Shown: one piece after another, positions 1 to 15,148 of the stretch
How the letters are laid out: every line of letters begins with the position of its first letter
Numbering within the stretch: position 1 is the stretch's first letter
From: Octopus vulgaris
Lineage: Eukaryota
NCBI GenBank assembly: GCA_951406725.2
Contig: OX597816.1
Span: 94,736,001-94,800,000, forward strand
Reading direction: 5' to 3'
DNA: 64,000 nucleotides
The notes under the pieces: model-generated
Seen by the model: the letters and a program-made list of their open reading frames with translations, nothing else
Told to the model about the DNA's origin: nothing
The model's database searches: none
Program-made: the position numbers and the translations under genes

Positions 1-410
1 TTTGCCACAGTCGCTTCGCTGTAAAACATTACAATTCATATAGCATTTTCTTTCTTCTTTAATGCTCCAATAAAAGACTACAGTGTGAAATTCTGGCTCC
101 TGCATTCCTTCTAAATTTATGTTCCAGATTATCATTATAAATATATGCACACACACACACACACACACACACAGACATAGTTGCACATGTATATTTACAC
201 AAAGCACACATAACTATAATTAAACATTTCATGATTTAATATCACATTACCTAGTGTAGCCATAGTCTTTCAGATGTGTTTATGAGAGATCTCACAGGTG
301 AAACTTAGATGCAGTAGTGGATCAGTAATTGTTTATTTACTATTATAAATATAATAAACTCTACAGAATGTATTGATTTTCTTTTGTTTATGGCTGTGTA
401 CATGTGTGTT

Positions 411-471
<61 letters not shown>

Positions 472-1898
472 CAGCACAACATGTATTTATAGTGAATGTA
501 TAATGAAATGTGAAAATTGACGATTTAAAGTCTGTTCTCAACATATTGGCAGAGAAATAATTTTTCTTCTGCCCTTGTTTATAAATAGATTGATAGATAT
601 GTGCAAACATTTTTACAGGCATAACCATGACATGTTACTTGTGTGAAAATTAGGTTGATAGATGTAATCAATCGAGAAAATACCTTACATTAATTTCTTT
701 AAGTTGCATCATTAACAAATCTTTATTTTGTTGGTATAAGAAGACTGTGGAGAAAGTGATAGCTGAAGCTTTGATTGGTTTATTGCTAAAGAAGAGCTTA
801 AAAAGTTTTAATTTTTTTATGCAGAGTATTAGAACTGATTAATTGTTGGTAGTAATTTATGTAGTGGTATGTATCATTTTAGAAGTTACTCATCCACTTG
901 TAGTAAATAGTGAAATCACATAATAATGAAGTAGGAGAGTACTTCATTGTATAGAATGTATAGATTAGATTGAATTTCTAGGTATAAAGTATATCTTACA
1001 CCATTGACAATGTGCTTTTTTGGTCAACAAATACAGAAACCAAGTATATGAGGAAAGAGTTAGAAAGCCAATGCTTTGACAGAGTTCGTTAACGAAACAT
1101 ACATATAGGGAACATACACATAAAATTGTTCTGGAATGTGATAAAGGTCACCATACATTATTATCATTATTATTATTATTATTAAAATAGTTCTACTATT
1201 CTGACAGAAATAGTAATAACAACAACAAGGTTTCAAGTCTAGCTGATATTAGCTGTAAAGCAGAATTTACAGAATTTCTTGTCTAACTGAACAGACAGCT
1301 ACTTGACACCTAGGTTAAAAAATACAAAGTTTTCTCATCTGGTCTCTGCTAGCTCCTACTCTGTCTCACCAAACCACAATTTAATAAATGTTCACAAGTG
1401 AAAGGGCAAAAAGGGAACTGAAGTATATCAGTTGAATAGTAAGGAAAAAATTAATGATTATATATAGGAGTATAAAGTTGAGTCAGTCAGTAAAATGCCT
1501 GAAAATACTGACATTGAATTCAGAATTGTCACTGAATAAAGAGAAAATTCTGGCCATTAGTGACGAGAATTATCTACAATATCATGACAAAACCGGTTCA
1601 ATTTGACAAAACTCTATAATATTCTATGCTAGTTGTATTACTCGGGATTATAAATGCTAATGGCATCAATTAAGTATTTAATTTAAACCATATAACTTAA
1701 GTGTTCAGAACTGCAAATATGCAATTGTGTATTATTGTCACAGAGAGATAGTTAAATAAGTGTGGTAGGTAGGTGAGTTGGTTACATCTAAATGTAATGA
1801 GATACTACAATTTTATTGCTGCTTACAGCTCTACACATCATAGGAGATTTTTTTTTTTCCGGAAAAGTGAGTCTGATAGTCATTACAATCCAGCAGAA

Positions 1899-1996
1899 TC
1901 AATCGTTGAAAGGTGTTGGTCCAATATTAGTGATGGAAATGATAACAACAGCAATGGTAGATTCAACAGCAAGAGTAACAGCAGCTTTGTTACTAC
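1899..1996 (-). CDS. Possible alternative last exon of MADD: (G)SNKAAVTLAVESTIAVVIISITNIGPTPFND*
   Basis: An internal donor AG|GTAAGA at 3704/3703 and an acceptor cccttatgtag| at 1997 join in frame. The pyrimidine tract is modest and I have no homology support. Confidence 0.3.
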
Positions 1997-3668
1997 CTAC
2001 ATAAGGGACTGGGCAAATTAATCACCTCTATTAACTCTTCAAATAGCAAAGGAATAAAAAGGTTAACAGAAATAAACATTACAATTACTAGAGAGTAAGT
2101 AGTAGCAGGGTATATAGTGGGGAAGGGAAGAATGGTGGTAAATTTAGCACCAATATTTGGGAAATGTTTCACTTCAACTTTATTAATTAAAATAGTTTAG
2201 AATTTAAGTTTACTATTTCTGAGTTAAATGCAAACACAAATTACACATTAAGACAGGAAAGAAAAAAAGGGGTTAATTTCTAATACAGAGATTATAGAAT
2301 AAATTAAACCTCTTAATTCGTAAAGACTAACACATATATTTCACATTTGTTTGCATAGTATGTTGTAGTTAAAAGGCGCAGAAAGTTTTGAAAAGGAAAT
2401 AAAACGATTCATTTTTCTGAAAATCTGATTAATGTATAAATTACTGTTTAGAAGGAAAATAGTTCAAATTAAGAAAAGATATGTGAATATAGCTCTTTGA
2501 TTGTGATTTAAACTAAGGCTATGTTCATCACATCTTTATAAAGTAAGGATATTACTGAAACTCATTTTTTATCACTTTTGCAAATGTACACACAATTCAT
2601 AAGCTACAAGCATTTTATCAGTGTTTACAAGATAACATTTGATTGAGAAAAATATATATGTAATAACAATTATACTTTGATGATAGATTATTATAATTAT
2701 CATCATTTTTAAAAAATAAAGTATACATATCTATAGTATCTACTAAGGTCTAAATAAGACCCTGAGGTAGTATCATTTCACAAGACTGAAGGAGACATGT
2801 TCCACAAGGTACCTTCAGCACATGTGTGTTTGAGATTATTTCATAAAGAATATTTATATTTAACTCAACAATGTTCTGAGTCCCTTTACTTCATTCTTAT
2901 TATTTTTCTCTTGCATTACAAATTATCATTATTAAGTTAAAAGCACAAACAATAGAATTATTTTCAGATAGGTAAAGATTAAAGATTAGTAAAGAAATTT
3001 GAGAACACTCTAATTTGAAAATTAACTTAAAAAACAAGGAATGTTTAACAATAAAACAAAAAGAAAAAAAAACAAACTAATAGATTTGTTGCTGTATTGA
3101 TCTCAGCTTCTTTGATGAATCAATTGATTTGTTAACTATGAAAATCAGAATTGCTCAAAAATTTTTCAAGCCCTTAGACATACATCCTTTTAGTCATCAC
3201 AAGATATCTTGTGATTAGAGCTGAAGGAGTTATTTTTACACACACAAAATCTTTCCTGTTTTGCTCACTGCACATAGTTTAAATTGCTAGTAGCAGCACA
3301 CCATGATTTATAATAGTTTTAACAATTAAATTTTATTCTTCATTGCACATAATTTGACACTGATGTAAAATGCCTGGCTGCTTCACAACCTAACATTATT
3401 TAGTTAGTTTACAGTAATAAAAAAATATCAATTTATTTAAAGAGAAAATAAATTTAAATATGTATATATATATATATATATCAGTCAATAGAGAAATTCA
3501 CATCATTACTGACTTACGTTGATTATATATAGGAAAGCAAAAAAAAAGAATATATACAGTGTATTAGCTGAATTGGCTTTCATATAACAGTTACTAGTTC
3601 TTTGTGGAATGACAAAGCTTAATGATAAAAGAATAGATTAAGTCAAAGACCACATTTTGTATAAAGGT

Positions 3669-3974
3669 CTAGTGAGCAGTAGTTACTTCATTAGTACTCT
3701 TACCTAGGTTAGTCAAAGCTACAGCTGGTGAAGGGCAAGGAGGAGAACAGCGAGGGCTGGAAGTGTTTGTTCTAGGGGAGCCTTTAGCTGAGGATTGTAA
3801 AATATTACGTATAACTGAGCTATTATTGCTGTTACTAATGTTGCTACTACCATTGTTGTTGCTGTAGTCCTTGTTGAGACATTCTAATGAATGTACTTTA
3901 GTCAACTTTCCATTCTCTATCCCAGCAGCTACATAAGAGAAGACACACAAAACTGCATAACAGATCTGGTCAGC
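3669..3974 (-). CDS. MADD: MADD terminal coding exon: ADQICYAVLCVFSYVAAG plus Ser/Asn/Pro-rich tail, stop TAG
   Basis: catttcag|GCTGACCAGATC, 306 nt in the frame of ORF 3669..3950. Matches the MADD C-terminal motif A..ICY.VLC.FSYVAA. Confidence 0.93.
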   Translation of the reverse strand, partial: ADQICYAVLCVFSYVAAGIENGKLTKVHSLECLNKDYSNNNGSSNISNSNNSSVIRNILQSSAKGSPRTNTSSPRCSPPCPSPAVALTNLGKSTNEVTTAH

Positions 3975-6900
3975 CTGAAATGAAAAATATAAACATTTTT
4001 ATTATTATTGAATATTTCATTAAGAAATTAATTACTGCAACTGTAGCTACAAGTTACAAATATTTTAGTTATATGCAGAGAAATTTGTTTTGTAATATCA
4101 AGAAAAGCTTTAATATATAAGCTGTTACTGATTGAAATCTGGATGTAAATTTCTTAAATTGGTAAAATACATTTTTAAATTAGAACTAAACAATTTTATT
4201 GGTACATTATCTAAGTTGCTTACTGATTAATGTTTTTTGAACATTATATCAATTTTTAACATAATTTTAGTAAAACTTAATTTAATTTTTATCCTAAGAA
4301 ATTGTCACTGAAAGTGAAAATAATCAAGAAATAACTCTAGAAACCAGACATGTATTATGAATCTCTAAATAAATTAATTTCAGCTACTGAAGTAAGTGAC
4401 ATGATCTCTTTTTGAAAGTAAGTTTTGCTAATGTCTACATAATTTTATGAAGATTAAAATGCGGATTTGAAAAAACACAAGTAGTTTGATATAATCAAGC
4501 AATATATTTCAGCTGAAAAGGCTGGTGAAGCATATATTTTGGCAGTTTATACAGGTATAATTATTATATATTAATATTACATACTTAAGATGAATTAAAA
4601 GCAAGGGGGAACAAATGAACTATTGAAATTCAACAATATTATAACTGGCAGATGATATATATATAAAAATTAATAAGAAATATTGATATAAATTATAGGT
4701 AAATGTTATATGATCACGCCATTAATTTAAAACTGAGGAGAAAGAAATGAAATATATAATCAAAAGTCAGGTTTAGTATAAGCAGAAATAATATGGTTTA
4801 GGTTATGATAAACTGAACGATGGATCAATGTCAGAAACATTAAAAAAAACCCAGTAAAACCTAAACAAGTTTGTTAGTTGTCAACGCTAGTTAGTTAAAT
4901 GCAAATAATGATGGGGTTTTATCGAATGGAATCTTTTAGTTCAGCAGTATTTTATCCAAAGAAATATTAACTTTTTAAAATACTATATAAGATCTTTAAG
5001 ACCTATTTTAATGAAAACCACAAGAATACAAGGTGAATATATGTCAAAATTGATAAAACATTGGAAAAATACCTTTCAGAATTTTGGTTACATTATGAGT
5101 TCAAATCCTACAAGATCTACTTTATTTTACATCCTTCTACAGTCAATAGAAATAAGTACAGAATACCAATGTGATTGACTATAGCCTATAAGACTGTTCC
5201 CCAGCATTGCCAAAATCAGTAAATAGATAAAAACATGTGATAATATTGTATACATATTAACTCCCATTTGTAGAGGTTTATTATTACTTGTCATAAATAG
5301 TTACACAAAGTGCATAATTCAAAAGTAGGAACCTGTGAAAAAGCACACAATTTTCTTAAGAATGTATGGTTAGGACTGTCATGAGAAATCCATTTAAAGA
5401 TAATTTCTGATAACTAAAATTTCAATTAATGGAAAACTCTCTCAAAGAGTCTATACTTTGCAGATGCTGGTGCTTAAACAAATTACATCTGGACCAGAAA
5501 AGCCAGACTAATGATGGTAGCTAGAAAGTCTAGCTAGGTTATTTTACAAGAATTTTACATTCAAAATAGTTGTATATGGGGCTATGAGATCAAACTGATT
5601 TGTTTCTAGGTGCAATACTTTATTTTACATTGCTCCATTTCATCTGGCCATATGAAATTGGAATCACTTTATTTGGGGAAGTGCAGTAGACTATCATCCT
5701 ACCCAACAGCTAATTTACTACACATCTATATGGTTAACACTAATGAATCTTGCCTTAAGCACTAGCTATACATATATTTGCTATTTCTGAAAAAAAAAGC
5801 AGAAGATAAACAAAGTAAAAAATGAAAATGTAGGGTATCATAATCATCATCATTTTACATCAGCCTTCCATGCTGGCATGGCATGCAGTTCTAATTAAAA
5901 TAACTATCCAGTGAGAAATTAATCTATCATTCACTTAAAACCAGAGTTAAACACTGGTCCATAAGAACTACAGAAGGCATTATATTAAATCAAGTTAGGA
6001 AGCATTATTTAGATGTTTCATAGTCTATGAATAAAGCAAGAAGAAGGGGAAGAAGAAAACAATGGACATTCATCCAAGTAAAGAGTTAAAGTTATTAAAA
6101 GAACAGTTAAACAGTGAAAATTATTAAACTGTCTCTCTCATATTTTCCTAACATTTTACTTGTTACTTTACTATTAGCTGAGTGGAAGTAGGTTTTTCAG
6201 AAATAATGTTCATTGTTAAATACCTAGTAAAATATATTGTAAAGTAGCACTAAGTCACTATCCTTTTTAAATGCTGTTATTCTTGTATTTCCTTATATGA
6301 GGAGCTTATTTTCAAAATTAGTGTAAGTGCATATTTGGTTGATTTCATAACAATTAAAATACAATCTGCAAGCTCCTGGCTTCACACATGTGAAATTTTT
6401 TTCAGTCAAACTGTGATAGATGCCATATAGACAGTAAGTGAATCTTAGTCTTCCAATCAAAATCAGATATACTGAAGTTGTTGTTTCCTCAATTACTCAA
6501 AAGTTACTCTGATGCATTTATCTTGTTTTGAAAGTAAGCTCTTCATATATGTATGTGTATTTATGGCTCCCTAATTACTATCTTCGATGTCCCCATGCCT
6601 GATGCTTTCTAAGAACAAAATACATGTCTATTAGTTATTGTTGTTTTGTTTTTTTTTGCTCTAAATTAGCACTGATTGAGCAGCTCTATAGGCATAGGTG
6701 TACATCTGCCATGAAAATGACATTTTAAGATGCAAATTCTAGTAATTCAATACTCTAAAATTCTAGACTTACATTATCATTATTGTCCATTTATTGATGC
6801 TATTATTAGGAGGATAAGTCTCCAAATATTCTCATATATCTTGAACATGCTTCAACTCAAGAAAGTCTTACTTTTACTCATGCCTTTCTCACTTTAACTC

Positions 6901-7077
6901 TACTATGAGCACATTAAACAAAACATAGCAAATAGTTTTGTTTCTATCAACATTTTTATATCTTAGATGAATAATTATTTTGTCTATTTATTCTAGTTAA
7001 AATGACTGTTCTATTATTGAAATTGCTCTTGAAACTATAAGTATATACATTGCTGTTATGGTGAGTAAAAGAGAGAG

Positions 7078-7216
<139 letters not shown>

Positions 7217-9068
7217 TCAGTTTAATAAGTTTTCAGTATTCAAATGAAAAAGTTACTGCACAAAAGCCAGTGTCAAGTTAAGTATGTCCTACTCTTTATA
7301 CGATAGGTGGATTTCTTTGAGCTTGAGCTCATTGCCATATGTTTCGCAAAGACACGGTGAACCATTAAAACCATCTGATTGGCCTAAAGATAAAGAAAGA
7401 TTATGTTTCACAACAATTTTATGTACAAAGATATTCTGAATTGATTCAATACCATATTTATTCATGCATACAATGCACATTTTTTAATCAAATTTTTAAA
7501 ACTGGAAACCTGTTTTTTCTTTCATTAAAGATTTCCATTTATGCAATTGATGCCCCATGAAATTAAATACAAAATATGAAATGTAGTTGTTTAAAATGCT
7601 TTTCACTTTCAGAAAATGTAAAATGTTGTTTCAAATAAATTAAGATTCTGATTTTATGAAGTTTTCTATTTGAAAATTTTCAAAAGGTGGGATAGAGTAA
7701 AAATTAGCATGGCTTATACATAAAGAACAGTGAAAATTAATTTTTGCATATTTGTAATCTCTTGTTTAAAAGAGTGATGTTTGGTTTAAAATATGACTAA
7801 CAGAGCTACCTTTTTATACCAGGTATATTATATTAGTAAAAAACAAATGGGAGTGATTTGAATATCCTATTTCTAACATGCTTAGCTATTCAATAAAAAT
7901 AGATGCATACTTAAAATAGTAAGGTGTGATTAGAGAGAGATTTAACTGTTCTTTGTTAAGTAAACCAAAAGCAGTCCAAAAGGGATCTGTTAGAGTGACA
8001 TCATTTTTAATGTTTATAGGATATAAACATACACGAGAGTTACAGTTGCTTTATATATAGTAACACATAAGGGATTCAACATTAGAAAACAGTTTTCAAT
8101 TTAGATTGTGTGTCGATAAATTTGCATGAAGATTCTTGAATTTGTACTCATTTACAGATTTCATTATTGTTGTTCTTTAGCCCTAAGTCACTCAAAAGAT
8201 AGATAATTTTCTGCAAAGAGCATTAAATATATATATTAATAATACTGAATGTAATTTCCCCAATAGTAGCATTACAGTATAGGAATAATTTTACAGCTTA
8301 CATAAGTAAAGTTCAAATGTTACTTCCAAATTTGTCTTGTTTAAAATACATGAACTCTTTGTATTGCAGTTTCTACAGCCTTTATATATATTTTCAAATT
8401 TTTTTCATACATCATAATACTCAAGAAAAGTCTGTGCATATTGTACATGAGAGATATTTTTCATTCCCCATAATTAGGTTTGTGCATTACACAATAATAA
8501 ATACAGAATTCATCATACTATACCTGATAAAGTTACAATGATATCATAAACAAAAGGTTACCATTGCCATTAATCTAACTTACAAATTTGATATCTAATA
8601 AAGAATTTAGATAAAGTCACCTAAAATATAATTTTTATATTATCAAGTACTTTTTCTTATTTTTATGGTGATTTACAGCAATTCTATTATACTGAGAGAC
8701 ATTTTCAATGAGGGATTTATTTCCAGGATAGTTATTAATATTTTTCCAATAGTTACATTGACACACATATATTAATATGTAATTTTACAACTTTGTGAGT
8801 TTTAAGCAGATATAAAGACATTGTAAATGATGCTTACTAACACAAAAACTGTTCTTTGACAAAAGGTTTTGTAAATCTATAAAATATTCTATGATGGAAA
8901 TTTCATGGAAGGATTCTCATTTAAGAAAACAAAATGCATAAAAGTAATGACAAGGATAATAAAAAGCAACTGATCCTGGCACAAATGTACTAGTTAAGGC
9001 AATTTGAGAAAAACAAATGCTTCTTTAATTGTAATCAAGTACTAGAATCATATACTAAAAGGAAAAAT

Positions 9069-9147
<79 letters not shown>

Positions 9148-11624
9148 CCCTGTGTATGTGTGTGTGTGTGTGTAAACATACACATACTATGACTAAGATA
9201 AAAGAAACAACATTAGAGTCTATATCAATAACAGAAATCTGAACATAGTGAACAAAAATAAACATAATATAAACACACACTAGGTAAGAAAGGAGAGAAA
9301 GAAAATGCAATAATACTTTCTGCATAACTTAGTATAACTTGTAAAGGAGTTTGCCAACATAATCAAAACCTTAGCAAATGGAATGCTTCTGGTATTGATA
9401 AACAGAAACCAGAATTAACAATGTATGATAAAGAGATGATAAAAACCAACTCTAACCCTGTAAGAAGAGGAATTTTCCAGCCTTTATCTCCACTATTTTT
9501 TCTCTATCTCTGACTGTATTACAAAGGATGTTCAGTGAAAATAACAGTTAAAATGTTGAGAAAAAATTAAAAAATATCTCTTCTATATGGTTGATCTAAA
9601 AGCATATACAAGACACAAACAAGGCATTCAATAGTGTTAAGTTTTGAGGGGTATAGAATTATTTCTCAGTCATCACTAATCCTAGGTCTGTTCCTGATCC
9701 TAGTTGCTAGCACCTGTCGAGGAACCCAATAATGAGTCAATTAGGAGAAGCTGGTTCTGTGGTTTAAGCATATAGGACTCAAGAAGACTGATTCTTAGAC
9801 ATGTAACACAGAGGCCTTTCAGTGCATAGATTTGCTCAGGTGGCATGTGAATAAGTCACCCAAATCTAAGCTAGAGAGAGCAGTAAACTAGCAAAGTTAA
9901 CTAAACTGGCAAGAGACAATAGGAAATCACTGCTGTATCTTTCCCAAGAAACAACACAAATCTTCAAACTTTGGCATGTTAGCATTATGTATGAAAAGTA
10001 AGAGAAGGGACTATATCTATTGGAGGACCTATTAAAAAGTAGATCCAACAGTAATATCAAAATGGGTACAGGATTAGACAAATATTTCAAAGTTACTCTA
10101 AGAAGATGAACACTAATTTTGAACTTGAAACATCAAGATAATTAAAACAGAGATGTAGGGCAGAACCAGTCATTTGGAGTTGTTGCTTAATCCCAGGTAA
10201 ATCTTCATGAAGCAAGCTCAAGATGAAAGATGTTTCAACCATAGACATTATGACTTGTTTTTCAAACAGTGCATCCAGTACAACATTATTGAATAAGTCC
10301 TTCCTATTTTTAGATGGTAGCTTGTTATTTGCAAGGAACTTAGAGGTCAACTGTAACAGGTCAAGTGATTATAGAGAAGCTCTTTCATTAGCTTGTAGTA
10401 ATGAGGGTGTTGCTGTTCAGCCCTGGGCTGCCCTCAAAGAGACCTGATTTTTCAAGTATAGTATATCTAAAACTATATTATCTAATGTATTTCTCCCATT
10501 TCTAAATGGTAGGATGTAGTATAAAAGTGATTTGGCTGCTACTTCTAACAGGTCAATATATAGGCTCCCTCATGGAAATACTTAGGAATAGATAAAACTA
10601 AGATACAACATAGAGTAATGAAAAAGAAAATTAAAGAGTACTGCCACCCAACCCCGCCAAAAATCCCTGAAATACTAGAAATAAGACTAGAATAGTCTAG
10701 TAATCCCAGATATAATCTACAGCTTCAAACTGAAAACTGATTAAACATTCAGTGCATTAAAAACCCAATTCTTCTATCTAAAAAGCTCATATCAATGCAT
10801 CATACACACTAACACAAAAAAAATTAGTCTGATATAGTAATCACAGTGGGGCTAGAAAAATATTTACAAATAAGGAAAAGTAGACTAATGTAATACAGCA
10901 CAAATTTTTCTTTACAGACACAGTGATAATTAAATGCAAACTATAAGTTAATTACACAAAAGAAACAGGTTCAAATAAAGGCAACAAAAAAAAGTAGAAA
11001 AGTTAACAATAAAATGCAGAGAAAATCACTCTATGGGTCAGTATGATGCAAGACTGGAACAAGGAGGAAATGGATCAATATGAGCTAGACAGAAATGCAA
11101 GATACAATTTTTAACTATACTAGATCAATGCATAACTACAACAAACCCTCAGAATAAAATTATTTATTATAAAAGTACATTATTCAACTATATTTAGTAG
11201 AATTATTGAAGAACTATGTTGAGCTGTAGAAAATTTATTTCTGCTTGTTTCACAATAACAGAATCATATGAGATGATAAAACAGTAAATTAGGTTGAAAT
11301 GCAAATAATTTTTTTAACATTCTATAATCTACTCCGTATTTCCACTCAGTATTCAAATCCTTAATTCAGAACCAATCTTTTGGCATTGTTCAGTAAATAT
11401 GAAGAATTATAACTCAAACTGAATAAGATTAGTTTGCAAGAATTCCCATTTCCCATCGACTTGCTTAATCTCTCTATTTTTATTAAATATAATTTTATTC
11501 ACCACATTTATAAATAATTTCATTTGTTTTGATCTTGGGACTAATTTGGATTAATGTCAAATGGAAACCAATAAAAATAGAATCATCAGAGTACAGCCTT
11601 AAAAACTGGAATGTAGCAACTTAC

Positions 11625-11671
11625 CATGCTGGATTTAAACTTATGAGGAATCACTTGCCTAGTTTTGGGAT
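11625..11671 (-). CDS. MADD: MADD coding exon: (D)PKTRQVIPHKFKSSM
   Basis: T-rich tract tcattacag|ATCCCAAAACT...TCCAGCATG|gtaagt, 47 nt (2 nt + 15 codons). Completes the G|AT codon from the previous exon. Confidence 0.93.
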
Positions 11672-12131
11672 CTGTAATGACAAAAATAAAAAAAAAAAAG
11701 AAAGAAAAAAGAAAAGAACATTGAATTTTTTAGTGATTTCATTTTTTCTGTTTTAGACATACCATAGAATAAATAATTATCAATTGGAATCTCCTTGATA
11801 TGCATAATTCATATAAACTCCTCTAATATAAAAAGTATTAATCTATAATCTGCTGAACTTATGCTTACACAAGTGGTGTAACATTTTGTTCAATTTTCAC
11901 AGCAAGGCTAAAATTATGCTTACTTAAAAAGGTATGCTTTACATTTCAAACTAATGGAAAAAGTATATGCACATTTGAGCTTTTTGCTTTCAGCTATTGT
12001 AAATATTTGAAATAATAGGTGCTGTGATGCACAAGTGTTTATAAGATGACTCATTCTATCACCTACGTTTGATTCATTATGTAGAATTTACATTATTTTT
12101 TTTATGAAGAGAGACAAATGTTAAATAGCCA

Positions 12132-13179
12132 TCTATAATAATAAAAAAAAGATTGTGTGTTTGTGAATTTGTTACTTTAACTCCTCCGAGACTATCAAAC
12201 AAACCTTGATGAAACTTGATACGTGTGTGGGGCTTATGTCTATGTGCACTTACACACTTAGAATTTTACACATTTGGAATTTTAAAAAAAATCGATTTTT
12301 AATCAGCATTGAATTTTCAAAAATCATAAAATTTTGGCATTTTTCGCACTAGCCATTGTGACATCAATTTGATGAAAAATGTTTCATGAGTATAAACAGA
12401 CAGTTTATTAATGGTAATCTATTTAACATTTGCTAATTCTTCATTTCAATGCAAATTGTTTCGGTTTGCTGGAACTTATTATTTCAATTCGTTGTTTGAA
12501 TTCCCCAGTGTTTCAGGTTTGGATTAGGTAAGACCATTTTATTTCTCAAGCAAAATTTAAGCATTTTGTGCACTAGCCTTCATAACATCAATTTGACGAA
12601 TATGCCCCAAAATTTTGCCATTTTATGCACATGCACAAAAATGACAACACAGGTTTGCTACCAGACTGTTAATTTTTTTGTCAAATTGGTCCTACCCATT
12701 AATACAGATTTTAACTTTTTGAAAAATACCAAAATTTATTGAAAAATGTTTCATGGCTATCAACAATCATCTTAATGGTAATTTATTTAGCATTTGCTAA
12801 TTCTGCATTTCAATGCGAATTGTTTTGATTTGCCAAAACTTATTATTTCAATTTGTTGTTTTAATTCCCCAGCATTTCAGGTTTTGATTAGGTAAGACCA
12901 TTTTATTTCTCAAGCAAAATTTAGGCATTTTGCACACTAGCCATCATGACATCAATTTGACAAAATCTGCCACAAAGCTTAAAATTTTGCCATCTTATGC
13001 ACATGCACAAAAATGATGATACATTTCGCTACCAGACTCTGCTCATACTTTTCATCAAATTGATCCGGCCCATTAATATAGATTTTAAATTTTTATGTCG
13101 AAATTTGATGAAAAATGTTTCATGGCTATAAAGAGATATCTTATTAATGGTAATTTTTTTTACTGGGTACCTCAGCAAG
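12132..13179 (+). mobile_element. Non-autonomous Helitron-like element with about 368-bp internal tandem duplication
   Basis: Starts TCTATAATAATAAAA; degenerate end CTGGGTACCTCAGCAAG|T; GAAAAATGTTTCATG recurs at about 12374, 12741 and 13110. Confidence 0.65.
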
Positions 13180-14943
13180 TTTTTAAATATGAAATATGTA
13201 AAAGACATAAGTCTATTCTAACACTGTCTGGAATTAGTCTAAATCAGAAATGTGAACTCTAATATAGATCACAAAAAAAGCCTGTGTGCTGATGATATAA
13301 CCAAACAACAATCTTGTCCCAGACAAAAATCAATAAAACTGCAAGACTTTTAGGGATGGGTTCTGAGATATTAAAAGATAGCTTGGTGTCATACCACTTA
13401 ATGGATCAGATGTTAAGCTCCAGTTCAGCTCTGATCAAAAGCAATCCATCAATGAGCATTCTACTTTATTTTATGAGACAATTGATTTAAAATTACATTA
13501 TCAAATGCGTTCTTCCATTTTTAAAGGTGAAACTTGCAGTGATTGCCTTGTTAACCTGATAACCTATGTAACAGGAAGTACCATTGTTAACCACCAAAAT
13601 TTTAAGAAAATGTGATAGAGAGAACTAAAAAAATTACATAGTCCATGCTTTCTCATACTTTCTCTTCCCATACAATGATTTTATGAAAGTTGAAAGAATT
13701 ATAATAAGTGTATAATAAAACCAAATGGGTAAGGATGCCATTTGGATATATTTTATGCAGAATTGGGGATTAACAATGCTAAAATTTGAGTTAGTTACTA
13801 CAAAAACTGGTAACATTTCAAACAAAGAATCAAGAGAATAACATCAAATCTGTAATCTGATTGGTGTTAAGAAATGCTAAACGCTACAACCAGATGGTTT
13901 GAAAGACTTCAGGTCATGGATGATTTAGGATAAAATTCTCTTAACAAGTTCTATATATCAGTGATTTGGTTCTTACTAATCAATCAATTGAAGGGTTGTA
14001 AAAGAAATTTCAAAGCCAAAATAAAATAGGCTTGAAGGTGTACATAATAATGGTGAAGGTAGTAATTATTACCAGATACCACACGTGGTCAGGAATGTAG
14101 TATCCATATCAGTATTAACAAGGAGTGTACAAAAAGTACAGTAAAATGCCTGGTAGTATTGATTGATAACCAAAACTTTGAAGCGGAACAGCAAATGTGG
14201 CTGTGAAATGATTGCTATAGATCACTTTGATGACTTATTGAAAAAAGTTGCTCAGCTCAGTTGACAGCAAAAGATTTCCTCCTTGTGGTTTATAAAAGAA
14301 GTAGCAACAGAAGAGCTGAGTGAGACAATTACTTTGAGAAAATTTCAGTGCAAGTGAGTAGACAAAGGCCAATGAACCAAAAGCATTGGTAAATATATAT
14401 GTTGATAGGGGAAAATAACACTAATCAATGATGCACAACCATTGAAAATCTGCTATGGATTGGTGATGAAATATACCATAAAGTGAGGTGGATTTTAAGA
14501 AACTTGAGAGGAAGTAGTTAGGTTATATTTGAAGTTGTAGAGCCACAATGAAAGGGTATGTACAACGTTCAGATAAAGCAGTAGGCTTTGATGTTTGCAG
14601 TTAATATTTACTAAGATACTAGCTGAGGTTCAGAGTGAATCTCTTAAGCTATAGTGCATAATTAAATGACTGGAGGAAGATACAGTTTGGTAAAATTATT
14701 CCAAAATAACAAAGTATTTTCAACACGTAAGTGATGGTAGATGAGAATGAAAGCTGATACATTACAAGATCATTTTCACAATTTAAATGTTTTGCCTTAT
14801 CAGTCAAATAGTAACACAATGTAGAAAAATCTGTTTAAACTAAGATTAAAATAATAAACTATTCTTACAAAAATGCATATCCTTAGACTTAGCAAAGATA
14901 AAGATCTTAAAGTGGTAATTTATAAAAATATTTAATTCTTTAA

Positions 14944-15148
14944 CCCTTTCGTTACTAACCTGGCTCTGTAGTACAAATGTTTTGTTTTTATAAGTTTTGC
15001 ATCAAAATATACCACCAAACCTTAGTTGCATTTTATATTCCTAATACTAGCTTAATGATAACTAAGTTATTTTACTAAATTCTTTGTTATATTTAAAATA
15101 ATTGAAAGAAACACATAGCATCTCAAAATAAATACAGTAACGAAAGGG
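14944..15148. mobile_element. piggyBac-type MITE (TTAA target site)
   Basis: TTAA|CCCTTTCGTTACT...AGTAACGAAAGGG|TTAA: perfect 13-bp terminal inverted repeats and TTAA duplication. Confidence 0.9.

Noticed and set aside
1773-2021. Plus-strand short ORFs
   Set aside because: No recognisable homology, and they lie antisense to the MADD 3' region.
1-3668. MADD polyadenylation site and 3' UTR end
   Set aside because: Several minus-strand AATAAA hexamers occur in AT-rich sequence, and none can be singled out.
4795-4868. GTTTAGGTT/AACCTAAAC inverted pair enclosing CTGAACGA...GAAAC...GTA
   Set aside because: Core spacing is wrong and stem III is absent, so it is too degenerate to call a hammerhead.
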